Below the pieces are notes generated by a model. The model ran no database searches and was not told the origin of the DNA. It saw only the letters and a program-made list of their open reading frames with translations. The translations under genes and the position numbers were made by a program. From contig OX597837.1 of assembly GCA_951406725.2 (NCBI GenBank), positions 2,480,001-2,544,000 of the forward strand: a stretch of DNA of 64,000 bases. Reading direction: 5' to 3'. This DNA is from Octopus vulgaris (Eukaryota). Positions 55,127 through 64,000 of this stretch are shown here, in pieces (the first letter of the stretch is position 1; every line of letters starts with the position of its first letter).

Positions 55127-56003
55127 CATTATTATTATACATCTTCTTCTTCTACTATTTCTTCTTCTACTACTACTACTTCTTTTTCTTCTACTTCTCC
55201 TTCTTCGTCTTCTTCTTCTTCTTCTTCTTCTCCTCCTTCTGCTTCGTTTTCTTCTTCCTCTCTTTCCGCTTCTCCATCTTGCCCAGAATCTCTTTCGTCT
55301 TCTTCCCAACAGATTACATGATGAATTGAGATGGCGATTGGATTAAATTCTCTTCGGATAAGAGATCAGCGGTAAAGCGAAGATAAAATAGATATGTGTC
55401 AGTCAGGTGGACGGGTAAATACACTGAACGGATGGATAGGAAGGTGGGTTGATAGGTAGGTGGGTTGGTAGGTAGGTAGGTAGGTAGGTAGGTAGGTAGG
55501 TAGGTAGGTAGGTAGGTAGGTAGGTGGGTTGGTAGGTAGGTAGGTAAGTGGGAGGGTAGGTAGATAGATATATAGGTAGGTAGGTAGGTAGGTAGGTAGG
55601 TAGGTAGGTAGGTAGGTGGGTTGGTAGGTAGGTAGGTAAGTGGGAGGGTAGGTAGATAGATATATAGGTAGGTAGGTAAGTAGGTAGGTGGGTAGGTAGA
55701 TAGGTTGGTAGGTAGGTAGGTAGGTTGGTAATTAGATATTGGACTATAACTGAGTTAAGTTTATTCGTGAGTTTATTATGTTTCTTAAAGCCATATTATA
55801 TCTTCATAGATAAATACATTTTTCTATCTATTTTTTACCATAAAAATTAATATTTAACATAATAAATGGGTTGTATGACATAATCCTAATGTTTTAAGTT
55901 TCTAATTTAGATAATAGAGTTTTTTTATAAGTAAAATTATTATTTTATTTATTTCTTTAAAAATAGTGTTTAACTCTATTTGCTTATTTATTTAACTATT
56001 ATC

Positions 56004-56105
56004 ATTAACCTGAAGATTGACTATAATTTTAATTCGAATTTTCAATTGAATTTAAACTTAATTGTAACTCGAATTGAATTATAGCCATGAAACGTACGTA
56101 GTGTT
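56004..56105 (+). ncRNA. Hammerhead-like motif with long stem II
   Basis: CTGAAGA (56010) - tgactataattttaattcga...tcgaattgaattatagcca - t GAAAC gtac GTA; stem I weak. Confidence 0.55.
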
Positions 56106-56265
56106 TTTACTTATAATATTATATTTAACATTTTTATACTTTTTGGTTAGTTATATTAAAAAAATTTTTAATTTAAAAATTTAAAATTTTAATAATTTAA
56201 ATTTTATATTTTATATATATATTAAATTAATCATATGTATTTTTTGTTTTTTAGGTTTTTGTTTT

Positions 56266-56302
<37 letters not shown>

Positions 56303-56303
<1 letters not shown>

Positions 56304-56423
56304 CACGGGCTTTCAGTTTCCGCCCACCAAATTCACTAACAAGGCTTTGGTCGGCCCGGGGCTATAGTAGAAGACACTTGCCCAAGGTGCCACGCAGTGA
56401 GACTGAACCCGGAACCATGTGGT

Positions 56424-56425
<2 letters not shown>
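56303..56425 (-). mobile_element. SINE family B fragment
   Basis: cgggctttcagtttccg...cccggggctatagtagaagacacttgcccaaggtgccacgcagtg. Confidence 0.88.
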
Positions 56426-56518
<93 letters not shown>

Positions 56519-56522
56519 GCTT

Positions 56523-56620
<98 letters not shown>

Positions 56621-56761
56621 CGTTTTATTTATTATTTTGCCCATTACTTAATCATTGTTATATGTTTTATATTTAATCTTTCTATAAGATGTAATCTTTC
56701 TCAATGGTATAATTTAATTTTTCATTATTGAATTGATAAAAGGTGTTTTTTTTCTAATTTA

Positions 56762-56809
<48 letters not shown>

Positions 56810-56910
56810 TTTGTGAAATTTGATTTAGTATTTCTAAATTGAATTTTTCCCTGTAAGTTTGGAATAATATTCCCTCATATTATTATTATGATAATAATAT
56901 TATTATTATG

Positions 56911-56982
<72 letters not shown>

Positions 56983-57283
56983 TACATACATATATATAGG
57001 TAAACAGTAAAAATAATTACAGACATGGACAAGAACATGAAACGCCACAGAGACGACACATATATACATATATATATATATATAATATATATATGTATGT
57101 ACGTATGTATGTTTGTATGTATGTATGTATGTATGTATGTATATACATACATAATATCAAAATATTAAAAATTGTCAAAGTGCAGTGCAACGGTTTTGCT
57201 ATGGAATGGTGAAACTATTTTTTCATTTTCTGAAAAAGCAACGTTTTTGGACTTACAACACTTTTGCATAATAGCAACGTTAG

Positions 57284-57341
<58 letters not shown>

Positions 57342-58050
57342 CTTCATGATTATATGAGGCTGTACAGATAGACAGAGAAAGAGAGAATTGGATGGATGGA
57401 TGGATGGATGGATGGATGGATGGATGGATGGATGGATGGACGATGGACTGAATAGATAAGTATGAGACAAGTAATGCTGGAGACAAATGGATGCATATTT
57501 AGACAATAGAACCTAAGCTGTAAACAAGCAAAGAGACTGTACAATGGACGATATATACGGCAGCAACAACGGGATGGACAAGGATAGAATACGCGGCAGG
57601 GGGTTATTTTTATAGAGAGATTGAGAGTGAGAGAAAGAGAAAGAGAGACAGAGAGTGAGAGAGGGAGAGGGGGATAAATATGTATAAATATAAACGCGAG
57701 CTTCTAGTCTCCTTTGTATAACTTTGAAAGTCAGAGACGGTTCTGGAAAATCATTTTTCTCTGTATTTAATAAATTAATTTTGAAGAGCAGCATCTTATT
57801 CTGTAATTAATTTTTAATATTTAATTTCAACTTCAGTATTTAATCCCTATATATTTGGAAACAGGTTGTTCCGACATTTCGTGTCGTCTTCCGTGCAACA
57901 TGTCCCGGAGAATGGAGTAACTATGTTTAATTACACTGTATTTCACAAAAGTTAATGAAAATAAAATTTCATCAAAATGGATTAAAATATCTGATAATGG
58001 GAATTGATGAAGACAGGAGTCAATTTGAATTTGATTAGAAAATTTGATAA

Positions 58051-58081
<31 letters not shown>

Positions 58082-58163
58082 TATAGATAGATAAATAAAT
58101 AAATAAATAAATAAATATAATAGATAGATAGATAGATAGATAGATAAATAAATAAATAAATAA

Positions 58164-58231
<68 letters not shown>

Positions 58232-58300
58232 ATAGATAGATAGAGAGGTAGGTAGGTAGGTAGGTATGTAGGTAGGTAGATAAATAGATAGGTAGATACA

Positions 58301-58334
<34 letters not shown>

Positions 58335-58384
58335 CATGCATACATAAAGACACACATATGTAATATATATTGATATACATTTAT

Positions 58385-58850
58385 AGGCGCAGGTGTGGTT
58401 GTGAGGTAAGAAGTATGTTTCCCAGCCTCATGGTTCTGGGTTCAGTCTCACTGTGTGACACTTTGTACAAGTGTTTTTTACTAGTAATCCTTTCTACTAT
58501 CATTGACCCAGTATTCAACTGGTACTTATTTTATCGACCCCGAAAGGATGAAAAGGAAATGTCGGCCTCGATGGAATTTGAACCCAGAACGTAAAGACGG
58601 ACGAAATGCCACCAAGAATTTTTCTCGGAGTACTAACGATTCTGCCAGCTCAACACCTTAACCCACAATCTAATATCCTTTCTATCGACTCCAGTGCATA
58701 ACCGGTACTTAATTTATCGACCCCCAAATGTATGAAAGGTAAAGTCGACTCCGGCAGAATTTGAACTCAGAACGTAGCGACGGACGAAATACTTCTAAGC
58801 ATTTCGCATTTCGTCCTGCGTGCTAACGATTCTGCCAGCTCGGCGCCTTC
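58385..58850. mobile_element. SINE cluster: family B head (+, 58385-58482) and two family A copies (-, 58495-58660 and 58680-58850)
   Basis: ggcgcaggtgtggttgtgaggtaag; two atcgaccc..aaagg..gaatttgaac.cagaacg..aacgattctgccagctc. Confidence 0.85.
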
Positions 58851-59110
58851 GTAAGCACTAATATCAACAACAGAACAACATCACCATCAGCAAAAACCAG
58901 AATGCCAACGACAACAACAACAACAAGAGCGTCATTGACAAGAAAACGCTGTAACTATAGCAACAACATCGTCAAAAAAAATGTAATACAGCATATACAT
59001 AGATGTGTATGTATCTGTATGTGTATGTCTCTACATGTATGCGTCTGTGTGGGTGTATACATGTGTGTATGCATCTGCATGTGTATGTACGTGTGTGTGT
59101 GAGAGAGAGA

Positions 59111-59141
<31 letters not shown>

Positions 59142-59143
59142 TG

Positions 59144-59175
<32 letters not shown>

Positions 59176-60439
59176 CGTGCGTGCGTGCGTGTGTCTGAAA
59201 TAGAAGAAATTTCAAAAGCGAAAACGCTTTTTAAAAAGAATTTTAATAAATATAAATAAAATGCAAAACAGAAACACAAAAAAACTTTCTCAAAAGGGAC
59301 AAATTTTGGTAATGTTATTGTTTGAGTTGTTATTGTTATTGTAGTCAGTTATAGTAGTAGTAGTAGTAGTAGTAGTAGTAGGGATAGAGACCTCGGTGGT
59401 GGTGGTGGTGGTGGTGGTGGTGGTGAAGACGGTGTTACTGAGGTGAATAGAGTGATGAGGGTTATTGTTGTTGCAGTGGTGATGATGATGGTGGTGGTGG
59501 TGGTGGTGGTAGCGATGGTGGTGGTGATTGTAGTACAAGTGGCAGTGATCCTATTTATTCTTTTCCATTATTATCATTATTATTATCATCATCATCATCA
59601 TCATTGATATTGCTTTTGTGATGATCGTTTCTTGGTGGCCATTGTTGTTGTTGTTGTTGTTGTTGTTGTGGTTGTTTGAAGGGCGGTGGCTGTGTGTAAG
59701 CGCTCGACTGCCGTGCAGTGTACCGCTCTCATTCGGTGATCAGGGGCAGCTAACTATTGTTAACCGTTAATGGTCTGCCTGGGAATTTCAGCGTAAACAA
59801 TTAAAACATGTTTTATGTATGAATATTACTCATGTGGAAAGACACACACATACACACGCACATACATATATATATTTATATATGTATCTGCAAATGTATA
59901 TGTGATTATATGTGTATGTGTGTTTGAGTGTGTGTGTGTGTATATGCGTATATACATTCACGGACCTGCATACATGTACAAATATGTATATTCATGTGAC
60001 TATATATGCATATACGCACATAAAATTATAAATATATGTGTATGCATGCATGTATGTACGCATGTAGATATATATATATATTTGTGTGTGTGGTGTGTGT
60101 GTGTATGTATGTATGTATGTATGTATGTATGTATGTATGTATGTATGTATGTATGTATGTATGTATGTATGTATGTGTATATGTATCGGTACATGCAGGC
60201 ATGGCTGCCTAGTTCTTGTTACTGAGGAAACATTGGTAGACGTTGAAAACTGTGGAAATATGCATACATGTGAGTACATACATATATATGCATATCTCGA
60301 AATGAGGAGTAGATAAAGAGTCGACAACTGATAAAGGGTCCTTTCTCCGTGTTAACTTTCATGCTTTCTATTTTTTCTCGTTGTTTACGTATTTCATGTT
60401 ATTTACACCGTTGGAGATGGCCTGTACTCATGTATGCAT

Positions 60440-60524
<85 letters not shown>

Positions 60525-60525
<1 letters not shown>

Positions 60526-60554
60526 TAGCATTAAAGACCCGTCGTTGCCAGGTC
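60525..60554 (-). mobile_element. Helitron-type 3' terminus
   Basis: Minus strand gacctggcaacgacgggtc hairpin followed by tttaatgCTAG|T. Confidence 0.5.
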
Positions 60555-61194
60555 ATAGTACTAGTGCATGTATATATGTGTATATATATATGTGTACATA
60601 TTACATGTACATCTATATATATATATACATCTACACATAAAATGCAAAATACAAAGTTATATCTTGATATCGCTAGTGATAACAATACTCAAAATATATA
60701 ACCGACTGGAATTGTTAGCTCTTCTTTTTTCTCTACATTGTATACTTTATAGACAATAATCTTTTCTTTAATTTAATTTTTTATTATGCATTTCTATTAT
60801 CAGTTTCGAAATAAAGAAATATTCAATGTCACTTAATATCTTCACTGTTTTCCCTCTAAATAATGTTGTGATGATCTGAAAAGATGATTGTCAGATGGAC
60901 TAAAGTCAGGAAAGTAAGGAAGATGAGGCAAAAACATCCATATATTAGTGCCATAATCTTTATTACCATATTGGTATTACCCTACCAATATGGTCTTATT
61001 TCAAATTCAGTTAAATGAAAAACTTGTAAGTTCACAAATTTTTGGAGTTCTTTTAAAATTTGAATTTTCAACTGTAGCATATAACAAATCTTCATCCAAA
61101 CCAGATCCCAATGCTGGATGTTCAAGAACCAAATGAAGGGCAGATTTGCAATCTTGGGATTATCCTGATTCCAATAAGGTGTAATATGTCTATG

Positions 61195-61526
61195 GTGAGG
61201 GCGCGTGGCTTAGTGGTTAGGGCATTCGGCTCATGATCGTAAGGTTGTGAGTTCGATTCCCGGCGACGCGTTGTGTCCTTGAGCAAGACACTTTATTTCA
61301 CGTTGCTCCAGTCCACTCAGCTGGCAAAAATGAGTTGTACTTGTATTTCAAAGGGTCAGCCTTGTCACTCTCTGTGTCATGCTGATTATCCCCGAGAACT
61401 ACGTTAAGGGTACACGTGTCTGTGGAATGCTCAGCCATTTACACGTTAATTTCACGAGCAAGCCGTTCCGTTAATCGTATCAGCTGGGACCTTCGTCGTC
61501 GTAACCGGCGGAGTCTTTTTTAAAAA
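61195..61526 (+). mobile_element. tRNA-derived SINE family D, full length with 12-bp TSD
   Basis: A box tggcttagtgg, B box gagttcgattcc; direct repeat aatatgtctatg at 61183-61194 and 61527-61538. Confidence 0.93.
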
Positions 61527-61539
61527 AATATGTCTATGA

Positions 61540-62335
61540 GGAGCAAGTGTAGAATGAGGTACAAGCGTCCCAGACGGACAGACAGAATTTCGCGTTTATT
61601 ATTACAGAAAAGCAACGCCACTTTACGACTGACCAATGATGAGCCTTCTTTCTGCCAATTTTTGCGCGATTCTTCCACTTGACGACAACTTCGCATGATC
61701 TGTGTTTGTTTTGATTTAACACTTCATGATAGATGACACCCTTCGTGTCCCCAAGCGCATAATATTTTTCGGGTGTTGTCTTGGTGTGTAGATGGAGTCT
61801 CCTTTTTCGCTGGTTGCTAACCATTATCGTTTTTGTTATGATTATAGGGAACCCACTTTGCATCACTTATGATGAATCTACCTAGGAAAGGTTCGATAAC
61901 ACTTCTGCTGGTCGACAACGAGCAGATGGTAACCCTTTGATTAAGGTAAGAACCGGTCAGATGATATGGTATCTACTAACGAAGTTTAGACACTTTTTCT
62001 CGTTCGTGAAGGGGTTTTATGATCCAAGTGCAACTTGCATTGAACTGTTTTGCTAATTCTTGTGCAGTTTGCTTTGGACTTTTCTCAACAACTGTTTCCA
62101 GAAAATCAATATTGATAGAACTCGGTCGTCCTGATGCAGAGGAATCTGCGAAAGGAAATACATCCCGATCGAAAATAGCCAAACTGTTGTTGGAATATCC
62201 GGGCATTTAAAGCTTCATCTCCACAGACAGAGCGAATGCTTCTTTCCATTTCTGTGGCAGAAGAATCCATTTTGAATACAGACAACATGCAGAGTCTATA
62301 TTAGGGGTCTGAGCTAAAGTCATTTTAAAAAGATG
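61540..62335 (-). pseudogene. Mariner transposase pseudogene
   Basis: SATEMERSIRSVCGDEAL, SGRPSSINIDFLETVVEKSPKQTAQELAKQF, FLGRFIISDAKWVPY, DTKGVIYHEVL; frameshifted. Confidence 0.85.
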
Positions 62336-62427
62336 AAATCGATTCGTGTTTAACCGCCATGGCACGAAGTAACCTGTAAAGAAAGATCTCACCGTAAGGT
62401 GGTGGTGGTGGTGGTAGTTGTAGTAGT

Positions 62428-62465
<38 letters not shown>

Positions 62466-62652
62466 TAGCAGTAATGGTAGTGGTGATGGGGGAGGGTTGT
62501 CGTCGTGGGGTAGGAAGAGGGGGGAGAGAAGGAGGAGGGGAGAAGTAAAGGAGGAGAAGGGAGAGGATATGGAAGAAGAGAAGCCGCAGCAGGTTTGAGG
62601 AGAGGGAGTGAGCAAGATAGGAATGGGAGCAGCAGTAGCATCTACAGTAGAG

Positions 62653-62717
<65 letters not shown>

Positions 62718-63621
62718 GGTGGTGGTGGTGGTGGTGGTGGTGGTGGGTCGTGTTGGTAGTGAAACAAGGTGGAGGGAGGTGGAAAGGGATGGGCAGTGGT
62801 GCAATAAATAGCGTTAATGCTTTTTCAAAAGTGCCATTAGAAGAAATGCAAATGAGATGAAAGTATGTTTTAAGCACGGATCGAAACTGGCTCGCCGAGT
62901 CGGAGCCACCAAAAGGTTATCGCCATTTTCTCTACAAAGCATGGCGCTCGCCACCCGCTGGCGCATTGTTACAGACAATGTTACACACAAATATCAGTAG
63001 AATTACATAGCCAAACACACACACACACATATTTATGAATGTATATGACTATATATATAGATATATATACCAATAGATGTACGTATATGTGTGCGTGTGT
63101 GCATCATATATATACATATACATATAGAGAGAGAGAGAGGGAGACAGATGTATGTACATATATTTATAATATATTTTATATAAATTGATATATATGTTTG
63201 TATATATATATATAATTATATATTTATATATGTATATATATATATAATTATATATTTATATATGTATATGTATATATGTATATATCTATATATATGTATA
63301 TACATGTGTGTATATACATACATACCTATATAAATACACACACGCAAACATACATGCATACATATATATATCATCATCATTGTTATTATCATAAAAATAT
63401 ATATATGTATGTATGTATATTTGATGTCATCTACATACATCTATCGCTGTGGGACATTAAGAATGTTGGATATATACACGCATATGTGTGTGTGTAGGGG
63501 GTGCATGTTTATGTGTGTATATGCATATATACACACACCCTTCTAAACACTATAACATACTATAGAATGCGGATCGATTATTTCCAGATATCTGAGGCAC
63601 ATTGATTAATGCATCTCACGA

Positions 63622-63657
<36 letters not shown>

Positions 63658-64000
63658 ACACCCACAGTAACACATACACGCCGACATATCCCTAAACACA
63701 CATACATACATAGATACGACACATATATATTGACACATATGCACTCACTCACGCACACACACATTTTCATACCTTTCTTATATGTGTATTCGTATGCATA
63801 TGTGTGTGTGTGTGTGAACTCATATACATACATGATATATATAAGTATGCTTGTATATATTCATATATATACATATATATATATATATGCATGGACTGGC
63901 ACGAAAATACAGAAATAAGTCAAATGTACACAAATTCCAGCAATGACACACACACACACACGCACACACACATACAAAACACACGCACATACAAACACAC

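Overview
Eukaryotic (animal) repeat-dominated DNA. The extreme microsatellite load ((TA)n, (TACA)n, (GATA)n, (CA)n, (ATT/ATC/GGT)n) and the tRNA-derived SINE families resemble an octopod cephalopod (Octopus-like) genome; that assignment is inference from recognition, not a search. I find no supportable host protein-coding gene, and nearly all listed ORFs are translations of simple repeats. Recognisable content is decayed mobile DNA: a CR1/L2-group LINE (12.6-14.6 kb) plus a 3' fragment (26.0-26.4 kb), four R4/Dong-like RLE retrotransposon pieces beside (TAA)n tracts, Penelope-like (GIY-YIG) remnants, three Tc1/mariner transposase pseudogenes, two TA-flanked MITEs, Helitron ends and many copies of four tRNA-SINE families. 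The most notable signals are about ten type I hammerhead-ribozyme-like motifs with diverse catalytic cores, a Penelope 3' end carrying a tRNA-like Pol III head upstream of a near-canonical hammerhead, long palindromes, a SINE/LINE shared 3' stem-loop, and short unique islands with clustered TF-like motifs.
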